Below, piece by piece: positions 16,337 to 25,516 of a DNA stretch of 49,908 nucleotides; the first letter of the stretch is position 1, and the number at the start of each line of letters is the position of its first letter. Where the stretch lies: IMG/VR virus record IMGVR_UViG_3300037483_000243, positions 1 through 49,908 of that record, one strand, 5' to 3'. The notes below the pieces were generated by a model. The model made no database searches, was not told the DNA's origin, and saw only the letters and a program-made list of their open reading frames with translations. The position numbers and the translations under genes were made by a program. Origin of the DNA: a virus. Taxonomy: Duplodnaviria > Caudoviricetes.

Positions 16337-17727
16337 GCGATAGCCCAGGGATTGACCTGTACCACGCTCCCGGGCGACGCCACCGCAATGGGTTTCATCG
16401 GGAATAGCTCCGTGTAGCCCCAGACTTCCGCATCCAAGCGGTCAGGGCTCGGCATGTCACCCAACGGCTCCCAGGTACATTGCTGGTCCTCTAGATCCTC
16501 GAACAGCCTGACATGATGGGCGCGGCCTTGCTCAAAGAGCGAGACCACCGGCTCGGCTCGCGTCCGCTTCCCATCAGAAGCATGGACGAGGCGGACGGGG
16601 ATGTTGGGCGCGACCGTCCGAAGCGTATGCTCTACCATGTCGCCGCCCTGGTTCGCTTCGGCCACCACACGGTCGGCCTTGAACTCCTCATAGGCTTGCA
16701 CCACGCGACGGGCCCAGCCGTCTGGGGAAAACCGCCCTGACCGATCCGCTCGAGTGTAGCCGTGACCATCTACCCCGAGGGACACAGCGACAATGCCCGT
16801 CTCGTTTGATTCCTGCTTCTTGGAGATAGCGGGGTCTACCGCGATCACCGTGCGTTTGGCGCCGCACGGCATTTCCCGAACCCGGGTGCGATTCAACAAC
16901 TCGCGCGTCCAAAGTGCCCCTTCGGCTTCCTCCAACAGGGCCGCATGAAGCTCCTGCTGGCCCTTGGTCGTGCCCTCGTACTTACTGACCACCGTGCGGA
17001 AAAAAGCCTCAGCCAAGTGATCCACGTTTTCGTAGGTCGAGCCCCGGGTGACCGTGACATAGGGAGCTTTGACCAACTCACGGAGCAAGCTGATTGGCTT
17101 CGGCGTCGTGGTGATGACACACCGTGGATCGTCCCCGAACCGAAGCCCAAGCATGGCGTTATCGTAGGTGTCCGTCGGGTACTGCCAAGACGCCAACTCA
17201 TCAAACCAACCCGTGTCCGCATTGATGCCGCGGGCGGTATCCGGATCCTCCCCTGACCGTACATGGGCGATAGCTCCATTCTGCCAGGTAAGGAGGAGTT
17301 TGGACGACTCATAGGTTGGACGTTCATCGGGGTGACCGATGCTTAAGAGCCCAGACGGCCCGTCGAGCATGTAGTCCCGAACATCTCTCGGATTCCGGCC
17401 AATCAAGAGGCCTACCCGCATGATGCCCCGCTTGACTCGCTCCCTGATCCACTCGGCCCCGGAGCGCGTCTTGCCAAAGCCCCGGCCAGCGAGTTGCAGC
17501 CAAATGACCCAATCCCCAAGCGGGGCGATCTGACTGGCGCGGGCCCAGAAGTGCCAACGCCATCGGAGATCAGCCCTTTCCGTTGCGCTGAGGGCCCCGG
17601 CGAGTCGCCGCCGCCGTTTGTCGGGCAGCGATGCGAGATAGCTCGCCCATGAGCCAGTCCCCGGCGGTTTCGCGTTGAGTAAGGTCTTCTTGCTGAATCG
17701 GGCCACCGTTTGGGCCACTAAGTTCAA
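16333..17727 (-). CDS. terL: Terminase large subunit
   Basis: Walker A AGRGFGKT, Walker B WFDE, TTTPK, nuclease AVDPA...EANQGG...PDRLDA. Confidence 0.95.
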   Translation of the reverse strand: MNLVAQTVARFSKKTLLNAKPPGTGSWASYLASLPDKRRRRLAGALSATERADLRWRWHFWARASQIAPLGDWVIWLQLAGRGFGKTRSGAEWIRERVKRGIMRVGLLIGRNPRDVRDYMLDGPSGLLSIGHPDERPTYESSKLLLTWQNGAIAHVRSGEDPDTARGINADTGWFDELASWQYPTDTYDNAMLGLRFGDDPRCVITTTPKPISLLRELVKAPYVTVTRGSTYENVDHLAEAFFRTVVSKYEGTTKGQQELHAALLEEAEGALWTRELLNRTRVREMPCGAKRTVIAVDPAISKKQESNETGIVAVSLGVDGHGYTRADRSGRFSPDGWARRVVQAYEEFKADRVVAEANQGGDMVEHTLRTVAPNIPVRLVHASDGKRTRAEPVVSLFEQGRAHHVRLFEDLEDQQCTWEPLGDMPSPDRLDAEVWGYTELFPMKPIAVASPGSVVQVNPWAIA

Positions 17728-18211
17728 CCCGCTCCTTCCAGAGGTTGTGATACTGACCAGCCATCTTCAGGGCGGCAGACTTGTCCCACAGGCGGTATTC
17801 AATCCGCTGAGTTTCAATCGGGGTCGTACCCTCCAGGCGGCGCTCCCGAGTGATCTTGACACTCGCCACTGCCCGCATGGCCTCATCGGGTGCGCCCTCA
17901 GCCAGTCCCAGGCTCCCAGCCTCATCTAACTGGTAGTGCCGCACATCAGACCGGACGAGGATGGCTAATTCGGCAAGGACTTCATCCTTCTCAAGCCCAA
18001 TCCGCTCAAGATGTTCCGTTTCAAGGTAGGCAACCCGGGCCTCGATCTTAGCTTGAGCTAGCAGACGGGAGGCGTTGACCCCGGCGATATCCCTATTCCT
18101 AACAGCGTAGCCAGCACGGAGATACGCTTCCACGCCATTGCGATCAATGGCATACTCCCGGGCGAATCGCTCATGTCGTGGGTTTTCTAGTGGTTCCTGG
18201 GCCTCAACCAT
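17570..18211 (-). CDS. terS: Terminase small subunit
   Basis: RHERFAREY..DRNG.EAY.RAGY...ASRLL, LWDK..AL, ELSGPNGGPI. Confidence 0.9.
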   Translation of the reverse strand: MVEAQEPLENPRHERFAREYAIDRNGVEAYLRAGYAVRNRDIAGVNASRLLAQAKIEARVAYLETEHLERIGLEKDEVLAELAILVRSDVRHYQLDEAGSLGLAEGAPDEAMRAVASVKITRERRLEGTTPIETQRIEYRLWDKSAALKMAGQYHNLWKERVELSGPNGGPIQQEDLTQRETAGDWLMGELSRIAARQTAAATRRGPQRNGKG

Positions 18212-18229
18212 GCAAGGGAATAGGGCCAG

Positions 18230-18261
18230 TGTTGCCCTACGGTGGCTACCGCGTTGCCCTA
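18230..18261 (-). promoter_or_regulatory. Tandem TAGGGCAAC(G/A) motifs upstream of terS; candidate late promoter
   Basis: TAGGGCAACG and TAGGGCAACA in direct orientation; proximal copy ends 18 nt before the terS ATG. Confidence 0.55.
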
Positions 18262-18549
18262 GGAGGCCATGCAGACCGGGCAGACACCGATGGTTTCCCC
18301 CAGCATCGTGAATCGGATCTCTAGTTGCACCCCGTGTTCAGGACATCGAGTCAGGACGGGCGGGAACCGGAACTCGGGCTCGGGCGTGCTGGTGGGGTTC
18401 TTGTAGGTTTTCCAGTGGACGAGGCGCCAGGAGTGACGGACATTCCAGCCGGCTTCCTGACTAATGCCGCGGAGCGTGATGTGGCCAGCCTCGTAGCGGG
18501 ATCGGAAGTCTTGGGCTTCTGCCCAGGTGAGGCGGCGGGGAAAGGCCAT
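18259..18549 (-). CDS. Small HTH protein with C-terminal Zn ribbon; candidate late regulator
   Basis: LTWAEA..FR.RY..G...LR.IS...G......RLV.WKTY HTH-like pattern, CPEH...CPVC; last gene before terS. Confidence 0.45.
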   Translation of the reverse strand: MAFPRRLTWAEAQDFRSRYEAGHITLRGISQEAGWNVRHSWRLVHWKTYKNPTSTPEPEFRFPPVLTRCPEHGVQLEIRFTMLGETIGVCPVCMAS

Positions 18550-18929
18550 CAGGACCGCTCCTCCCATCGTCGTTGGTAGTCCGCGCACAGTCCTTCAAGG
18601 CTCACCCCGTGGCACCGCTCAAAGCCTTCCCGGCCAAGTGTATGCCGGGCTTCAGGACCATCCCGATGGAGCTGCGGGGCCAGGGGAATCGTGCGCCGAT
18701 CATCGGCCCGCTCGCCGCGTTTCCGCTCATGATGCACTTCGACTGGCCACGTCCCGCTGATGGCGCACGGCAGGGTGTGCAACCACGCCATCTTCTTCGT
18801 CAGCGCGCCTCTCCCGCCCTTGGTGACCTTCCGGGCCTTCGGCCGCTTCCCCCGGGCGAGCCAGGTGGAGCGTTTCAGGGGCTTCGGGTCCCGGGGGGCG
18901 CGGGGCTTTGGTTTCGGGAAACCGATCAT
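18549..18929 (-). CDS. DUF968/Ref-like HNH-type protein
   Basis: W.HTLPC..SG...VEVHH...DD..TIPL...H. Confidence 0.7.
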   Translation of the reverse strand: MIGFPKPKPRAPRDPKPLKRSTWLARGKRPKARKVTKGGRGALTKKMAWLHTLPCAISGTWPVEVHHERKRGERADDRRTIPLAPQLHRDGPEARHTLGREGFERCHGVSLEGLCADYQRRWEERS

Positions 18930-19360
18930 CCCTGACGCTCCGCTTCACTCAACGAGAGCTGGCCAGCAGCCTCGATGGCTTCCCGCTGGCGCCGTTTCCG
19001 CGTCGCGTTCCGATGGCTCCGGTCGTACCGGTTGTGACACCGTTGGCACCAAGCGCGAAGGTTCTGGTCCGTGCAGTGCTCCGGCTGGTGGTCCAGGTGG
19101 CCCGTCGTGAGGACGATCTTGACCGGTGCAGTGAAATCCCGGCCCAACGGACCACGCGCCCGAGTCCACATGCCTGGTAGGAGAACGCTCCACCGGACCC
19201 GTTGACCGTGGGGCGCGCGGCAGCCATCGGCGTCGTGCTCCAGCCCGCATTCCCCCCGACACTCGCAGCGCCCGCCGGCCCGGCCGAACCGGATGCGGTC
19301 GCTGATCGCCGCCCAATCCGCGGGGTAGCGGTCCTTGTTCTCGGCCAGGATGGGGCTCAC
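18926..19360 (-). CDS. HNH-like Zn-binding phage protein
   Basis: YPADW..IS..IR..RA.GRCEC, VLTTGHLDHQPE....NL.AWCQRCHNRYD. Confidence 0.75.
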   Translation of the reverse strand: MSPILAENKDRYPADWAAISDRIRFGRAGGRCECRGECGLEHDADGCRAPHGQRVRWSVLLPGMWTRARGPLGRDFTAPVKIVLTTGHLDHQPEHCTDQNLRAWCQRCHNRYDRSHRNATRKRRQREAIEAAGQLSLSEAERQG

Positions 19361-20145
19361 GGGCCCTCTCCAGCACGGCGGGACGGCGCCCTGCTGGCCT
19401 TTTTCTGGCTTGGGATGTGAACCGTGAACGCTCCTGGCGCGTTGATGGAGGCGTCACTGATGGCCTGCTTGATGAGGAACAACACCATCGGGTCGCTTCG
19501 GAACCACTCGCCCTTCAGCCGGTAGGCATGGAGGACCCCGTGAATCCGCTGCTCGAGCCCGAAGCCACCGTGCTCCACCCAGAGCTCTAAGACCAGCTCC
19601 GTGGGCGATGAATGTCGGAGACTGTGCAGCCGGCGGGGAATGTCTTCCGAGATCCCGACCTTGAGCCGCCCCGTCTCCCGGCACCGAATCACATAGACGT
19701 CTGACCGCTCACGGTCCAGCACGCGGGGTCGTCGCTCGCCGCGGAGCCGGTCGCGGAGCGTCTCTGCGTACTTCAGGGCCTCGATCCCCCCGGCCGCCGT
19801 GTCAGGAAACCGCTGGCCCCAGTACTGCCCCTGCTCGTCTCGCCAGAAGACGTGAACCAGCCCACGCTGAGCCAGGATGCGGATACCCCACGCCCCGTGG
19901 GCGATCCGGTAGAGCAGGACGGCCCGTTGTGGGTCCGGTTGAGGGTCGGACCCAGCCGTTTCGGGCTCGGTTCGGTCGTGTTCGGACCCGTCGGACCTTA
20001 TGATTCCCGCATGTTGCAAGACTTCGGATCTGGTGGTTGGGGGTTCGAGTCCCTCAGGGCGCATCTGTTTCACGTGGAACAACTTAGCCCATTCGGGATC
20101 GTTAGGCAACATGGGGGACGATGGGGGACGGATTGGGGGAGTCAT
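19357..20145 (-). CDS. GIY-YIG-like T5orf172/MUG113 domain protein; ORF spans attP (start uncertain)
   Basis: VYVI....GRLKVG.S....RR...L...SP..L.....E..IH......RLKGEWF. Confidence 0.7.
   Translation of the reverse strand: MTPPIRPPSSPMLPNDPEWAKLFHVKQMRPEGLEPPTTRSEVLQHAGIIRSDGSEHDRTEPETAGSDPQPDPQRAVLLYRIAHGAWGIRILAQRGLVHVFWRDEQGQYWGQRFPDTAAGGIEALKYAETLRDRLRGERRPRVLDRERSDVYVIRCRETGRLKVGISEDIPRRLHSLRHSSPTELVLELWVEHGGFGLEQRIHGVLHAYRLKGEWFRSDPMVLFLIKQAISDASINAPGAFTVHIPSQKKASRAPSRRAGEGP
20019..20063 (+). mobile_element. attP: attP core: 3' half of a tRNA-Arg(TCG)
   Basis: AGA-CTTCGGA-TCT anticodon arm, GGGGG-TTCGAGT-CCCTC T-arm, AGGGCGC-A acceptor strand; no 5' half; about 80 bp downstream of integrase. 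Confidence 0.88.
20066..20081. promoter_or_regulatory. parS: parS centromere site TGTTTCACGTGGAACA
   Basis: Exact 16-bp match to the widespread chromosomal ParB-binding consensus TGTTNCACGTGAAACA on the reverse strand. Confidence 0.8.
20111..20140. repeat. Tandem ATGGGGGACG repeats; putative integrase arm/Xis sites
   Basis: atgggggacg x2 plus ttggggga, between att core and int stop. Confidence 0.45.
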
Positions 20146-21179
20146 CCCACCACCGCCAGTCCGGCAGCGCCCTGTTCCCGAAGCCAGGCCCGCATCCGCT
20201 GACCGTCCTCACCGAGGTATGGCCCGACCGCGTGCCAGCGGTACCGATCACTCACCGTCCGGGGCCCGTGGCCCTGGTAGATGTCCTGCCGGGTCTGGGG
20301 GATGCCGGCCAGCTCGAGCCAATGGGCGAATGAGCGCCGCAGGTCGTAGGGGGTATGTCCTGGCGCCGCGGGGCGGAACAGCCGCCGGAACGTGCTCACC
20401 GCCGACCCGGGCCGCACCAGCTCCCCACAGACCGGCACCACCCGCTCCCGGCTCGCCGTCTTGGTCCCGTGGATCTCCACCCGATCACCCACAACCGACC
20501 ACCGACCCCAGTACTCCTTGAGCCCCATGCCGGTCAGCGCCATCGTCCAGCACATGGCCGCATAGGGCTGCGTCAGCGTCTTGGTGAGCGCCGACAACTC
20601 GGCGGGCGTGAACGGGTGACCGGTCGCCTTCACTTCCCGGAGCTTGGGCACGTCTACCACGTCGAGGTAGAGCCCGTGCCGGGTGCCAACCGTGACCCGG
20701 AGGAACGCCTGAAACACATACTTGGTGCGGTTGAACTGCGTCGGCCGATCCGCCAACATCACCCGGTAGTCCCGGAGCGCGTCCGGAAGGCCGGCCAGGG
20801 TCGGATCGGGAAGTCGGCTGGAGAACGTGGCCAAGTACTCGGTGGCGTATCGCTTGGGCCCAGGGGCGAGTGCCGTCAGCCAAGCGTCCGTGAGCGGCCG
20901 GAGCGGCCGGAGATCCGCCGGGCGGGGTAGGGTCGCCACACTCCGGCCCCCGGTGAGCTGCCCCAGGACGTAGAGCGGTTTCAGGTGCCCGTCCCGAATG
21001 GCCTCGAGGTAGTCATGCCGGGCCGTGGTCCAGAGGCTCGAGAGCATCGTGTTCAGCGCATCGAAGACCCGGCGGTCCATCGTCCCAGACGCCCGGCGGA
21101 TCCGCCCGAGACCGGGAAAGACCCGGTCCAGGATGAAGGTTCCCGCGGGCCCGGCCTGGTTGCTCGAGCGGTGGGTCAT
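20142..21179 (-). CDS. int: Tyrosine integrase (divergent catalytic signature)
   Basis: LTGMG..E, GTKT..R.R.VP, YDLRRSFA.WL..AG, GH, terminal RY; adjacent attP and Xis. Confidence 0.85.
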   Translation of the reverse strand: MTHRSSNQAGPAGTFILDRVFPGLGRIRRASGTMDRRVFDALNTMLSSLWTTARHDYLEAIRDGHLKPLYVLGQLTGGRSVATLPRPADLRPLRPLTDAWLTALAPGPKRYATEYLATFSSRLPDPTLAGLPDALRDYRVMLADRPTQFNRTKYVFQAFLRVTVGTRHGLYLDVVDVPKLREVKATGHPFTPAELSALTKTLTQPYAAMCWTMALTGMGLKEYWGRWSVVGDRVEIHGTKTASRERVVPVCGELVRPGSAVSTFRRLFRPAAPGHTPYDLRRSFAHWLELAGIPQTRQDIYQGHGPRTVSDRYRWHAVGPYLGEDGQRMRAWLREQGAAGLAVVG

Positions 21180-21364
21180 GCGACCCCCAGCTTATGATGC
21201 CTCACGAAGGCCTCCACGTCTTGCCGGTCGAAGCGCACCGTCCGTCGGCCCAGCATGACCCGGCGAAGCGGGAACCGGAGGACTTGCTTCCGGCTCACCC
21301 TCAAGATGGCCGCCACCTCGTCCGGTGTCAGCAACTCGCCCAGGTCTGCCGGCCGGGCCGTCAC
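21176..21364 (-). CDS. xis: Excisionase-like HTH_17 protein
   Basis: LLTPDEVAAILRVS...GRRTVRFDRQDVEAF; coupled to int. Confidence 0.8.
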   Translation of the reverse strand: MTARPADLGELLTPDEVAAILRVSRKQVLRFPLRRVMLGRRTVRFDRQDVEAFVRHHKLGVA

Positions 21365-21673
21365 CGGCCCACCCTCCGGGGGAGCACCCAGGGGAGGCTC
21401 ACCGAGACACCAGGGGAGTCGGCTGCTGCGCACCGTTGATGAGCCGGATGGCCTGCTGCAACCCCTCACGGATACCGGCTTGATAGGCAGGCTCCCGTGC
21501 CAGACGTTGGGCGATGAAGGCTCCGAGCGCCCGCGACCAGTGAAACCAGCCGCTCCGGTCAAATGCGCGCCACTCGGTGAACGCCTCGTCTGCCCCGTCG
21601 TGGAACACGCGGCAGAGGATTTCCAGCGCGCAGCGGTCGGCCTCCTCACACTCGGGGTCTTGTTTCCGCCGGC

Positions 21674-22069
21674 TCACCGGCTCCCTCCTGCGGGGCGCGC
21701 CCGATTAGCAGCTTCCTGCACGTCCTCGCCCACTAAGTCGCGGGCCCGTATCCAGTCGTAGCCTTGGTCAGTGATGCAGACTACCGGCCCTTGCAACGCT
21801 TCGAGCATCCGGCCCCCGGGGTCGCCGCCGTAATGAGCCAGCAGAATGTCGCCGAGCTTGCCCGCTTCTGTTGCCGCTAGCAGAATGTCAGCGCGGTCGT
21901 TGGTCCACTCCGGTACAAACAGCGGAACGTATTCCGGCAACTCCGCACCGCCGGTGCCCTGCTTGATTTTGGCGCCGCACGCTGCTCGGAAGTCGCGGTA
22001 CTCTGCGAGGCAACGCAGCAGTTCCAAGCGGGCGTTCTCGTTCACTATGGTCTGCGGCACGTCGCTCAT
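21674..22069 (-). CDS. Hypothetical protein, paralog of 30354-30704
   Basis: Shares VNENARLELLR, EYVPLF, LLAATEA, EALQGPVVCITD.GYDWIRARDL. Confidence 0.75.
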   Translation of the reverse strand: MSDVPQTIVNENARLELLRCLAEYRDFRAACGAKIKQGTGGAELPEYVPLFVPEWTNDRADILLAATEAGKLGDILLAHYGGDPGGRMLEALQGPVVCITDQGYDWIRARDLVGEDVQEAANRARPAGGSR

Positions 22070-23152
22070 GGCGGGCCGTCCGTCCCGGCCATCTCTCGCT
22101 CAACGGCGCGTTCAAGCGCCAGGCGGAGGCTCCGAAGTCGTGAGCGAAGTCCCTGGAGATCAGTCTCGCCAACCACACCTTCGATCTCGATGAGACCATG
22201 CATGGCCGCTTCCGCATCCCGCACATGGGCGAGCTGTGTGCAGATGATATAGTCGCGCTCGGTCATGGTGTCCCTCCGTCCGTCCCGGCCGCAGGCAGGG
22301 AGTCGGCTCCCTCAAAGGGATTCTCACCGTAGCTACCGCCGCACTTCGGGCAGCACCAGAACCGGCCACGCTTCACCAGTTTGGCGTTCTTGCAGCCCCA
22401 GATGGTGCAATGATCCGTCGGACCGGTAGCTTGATCCTCGCAACTCATGGCTTCTCCTCCGGGGACGCCACGGGAGGACGGGCGGTGGCATTCCATCCAG
22501 GCGTATGTGGAGGAATCGGGCGCGGCGGTGGTGACCCGATCTTGCCACCGGCCTTCCAGTCGCCATACTCTCGGTCGAATCGCGCCTTAGATTCGGCGTA
22601 CAATCGTTGCCCGCGCTCCGTCAAGAACAGCCCGGCTATACGCTCAATGTCGGCGTCGGTTGCCAGCATCACGTCCCAGCCCTTATCACGGAGCCAACGC
22701 AACACCTCGGCTGGCTTCATGCTCTCACCCTCCCCTCTGGCGCGTGGCCAGGAACCGCTCGGCCAGCTCGATTGCAGTCACTAGAACGCCATCGAGCTTA
22801 CCGATGTAGTGATTGGGGTTTACTCGATGCACTTTTGCCGCAAACTCCCGCACCAGCGCCGCGCCGTCGGGCTCCCCCTGGAACACATACCGCATCACGT
22901 CACAATGCTCCCGAGCGAAGCGCACGGCGTCACAGAGTACGCCAATGAGATGGCTGTCTGGGGCCACCTTCCGTTGTTCCTCAGCAATAAGCACCAGGCA
23001 TGAGCGAGCAAACGCGATGATGCTGGTGGTGAGGGTCCTCCCCGCCACAGTCGGCAACTCGGGCCACGCTAAGTCTTGGTGCGGAAGTAGCGACTCGCCG
23101 GCATCCACACGGTCCTGGACGAAATCGTGTAGTTCATCAAACGACTTCGGGC

Positions 23153-24016
23153 TCATGCCCCCTCCCCAGGCCGCGCGCGGAGGGCGGCCCGAAGCTTCAC
23201 CAACAAGTCGTAGTCGTCGGCTTCCAGTGTGTAGCCGTCGCCTGCCTCAATCAGCCCATCAAGGTCGGATAACAGCCCCTCCCGCTCGGCCGACGGGGCG
23301 GCGGGTGCATTGATCGACTCAGCGAATCGAGCGAAGGCTGCCAGCCCCTCCGTTCGGGCACCGACCCACGGCGCGCTGATGTAGGCGTATACCTGTGCCC
23401 ATTCGCCACCACGGCCGTCAAGTTGAATCCGGAGCGGCACGGCCCGGAATGCCGTGGCATTGTCGGGCCCACACGCCCGCACCAATGCCTCCAGCATTCG
23501 CCCTAGGTCGTTCCCGTGACAGGTGAGGCGGAGGAATGGATCCGTGTTCCCTGCCCACGGACCGAGCGCGTCGGGCCAGTCCGGATGGCCCTGGCAACTC
23601 TCGCCCGTGGCAACCCAACCGCTCTCGTTGATCCGCCGGCAGATGGGTGCGATGAGAGGATCGAGCGTCGCGTAGTCCAGCACGTTAGGTAACTCGTAGA
23701 AGATGGCCCCGGCGGCCTGAGCCGCAGCCCAATTGCGGCGCTCAGTCATCATCGGCTCTCCCGCAGCGGCGGGCGCGACGTGATCCACGGCGTAGGCGGC
23801 GCGGAGCCCTGCTCGGATGGCTGCAAGCCCACTCGGTGCCGATGAATGGTACGGAGGCGAATCCCCGTAGCTGTGAGCGTACTCCGCTCGGTCGAAGGCT
23901 TCTAGCGCCGCCTCGCTCGGCTCCGGCCCAGGGGCGGCACTGGCTGGGGGCATATCGTCCTCGGGTGGAATCTCGAAGCTCGGCCGCCGGATCGCTGCGC
24001 GTTTCATCGGGTTCAT
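23153..24016 (-). CDS. Modular hypothetical protein with Tyw3-like D..I....IN....T..SC.GH segment
   Basis: LDPLIAPICRRINESGWVATGESCQGH; start uncertain. Confidence 0.5.
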   Translation of the reverse strand: MNPMKRAAIRRPSFEIPPEDDMPPASAAPGPEPSEAALEAFDRAEYAHSYGDSPPYHSSAPSGLAAIRAGLRAAYAVDHVAPAAAGEPMMTERRNWAAAQAAGAIFYELPNVLDYATLDPLIAPICRRINESGWVATGESCQGHPDWPDALGPWAGNTDPFLRLTCHGNDLGRMLEALVRACGPDNATAFRAVPLRIQLDGRGGEWAQVYAYISAPWVGARTEGLAAFARFAESINAPAAPSAEREGLLSDLDGLIEAGDGYTLEADDYDLLVKLRAALRARPGEGA

Positions 24017-25516
24017 GTCCCATCTCCTGCCGGGCCGCGTGGGGTGGCGCGCTCGCGATTGGTTGGGCACTCCCACTTGTGCGGCTTTCCTCGCAGCACG
24101 CCGCAGAACTTGCAGACGCCTTCCGGCGCGGGCCGGGCGGCCTCCACGGCGGCGGCCTTCAGCTTCAGCTTGGTCGCGTACCGCAGAATCTCGATTGCCG
24201 ACTGCCCCCCGAACGCCTGATTGACACCACAGAGGTTGGTGGGCATCCCACACGCGGAGAGCAGCCCAGCCACCGCCTCGGCTAGCTCGGTGGCTTCATC
24301 CAGCCCACCCGCTGCCGGAGGCGCGGGAGCCGCCACACTAAGAGTCTCGATGCGTTGCGCCAACTCAAACAGGGTAACTCGCCGAGTATCGCCGAGATTG
24401 AAGGCGAACGTGATCCTTCGCACTTCCCCGGCACAGTCTGCAAGCGTAGGCCACCGTTGCTGCGTCAGCGCCCGCTCGCCCTCGGGTGGGGTCTGGTCAG
24501 CGTCGGTCATGGGTGATAACTCCCATCGCCAGAGTTGAGGGCTTGGTCCAATCCGGCTGGTGGCCCGGAAATCGGCTGCTCCGCCTTCAGCACGGCCCGG
24601 AGTCGGTCGGCCCAGCCCTCGATAGTGGCCGTGATGACTTTGCCACGGTCGCCTGACCGCACGGCCTGAATGGCCTCGCGCATCTCCCGCTCAAGCAGTG
24701 CCACCACCCGGCGGAGGTCGTCGGTCATCGGTCCACCCCGAACCGCTCCGCGCACCACGAGTCCTTGATGAGATAGACCACCGAGTCCGCCCCAGTAGGC
24801 AGTAGCTTCATTTCCGCACGACACACCCGCTCGTGGTAATCGTCCGCGACGTAGGCCGGCGAACAGGTTACCAATCCGAACACGGTACACACGAGAAACC
24901 CCGCCAGTATTCCCCACACGAATAGGTTCAGATCGTTGTTGCTCATGTCTCGCTCCTCACGCCGGGCCACCGCGCCAGCGAGTCTCGTAGCCGATAAATG
25001 GCGCCAGTCTGTGTGAGGGCTGCGTCATACGCTGCGCTATCGGCGTTCAGTTGGGCTTGCTTGCGATTCTGCACCGCCTCTTGCTCCGCATCCCGCAAGA
25101 AGGCCGCGACCGTGGCACGCTGGGAGGCGACCGTTGACACCCGCTCCACCACAACCGGCCCCGGAGTGCCCGTCCCCTGGTTCACACGCATCTTGTGATA
25201 GCGCGGATCGTCGTGGCCATACACAATCTTCGAATCGTCGCTCACGTTCCCGCTCCTTCCGATGCCTGACGCTGAGCGACCTCGCGGAGTACTTCGCGCA
25301 TCCCTTCCATGACGCCGCCGCCATGCGTGGCAAGGTATTCTGGGTTGGTCGCGTGGGCGGCGTTGTAGATGTCACCGAGTTGCCCGCCTGTCAGGTCCGT
25401 CCCCAGCACGACGCCGGATGCCAGCAGGGCGCGAGCGATGTACTCTGCCCAAGCGCGCGAAACCACTCCACGCTGGACAATCACCGTCGCGATCCGCTCC
25501 ACCACCGTCGCGTCGG

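Noticed and set aside
18212-18240. Sigma54 -24/-12 promoter before terS
   Set aside because: TGGC...TTGC spacing is GG-N12-GC rather than the required GG-N10-GC.
20019-20063. Intact phage tRNA gene
   Set aside because: No D-arm or 5' acceptor strand upstream; it is an att core.
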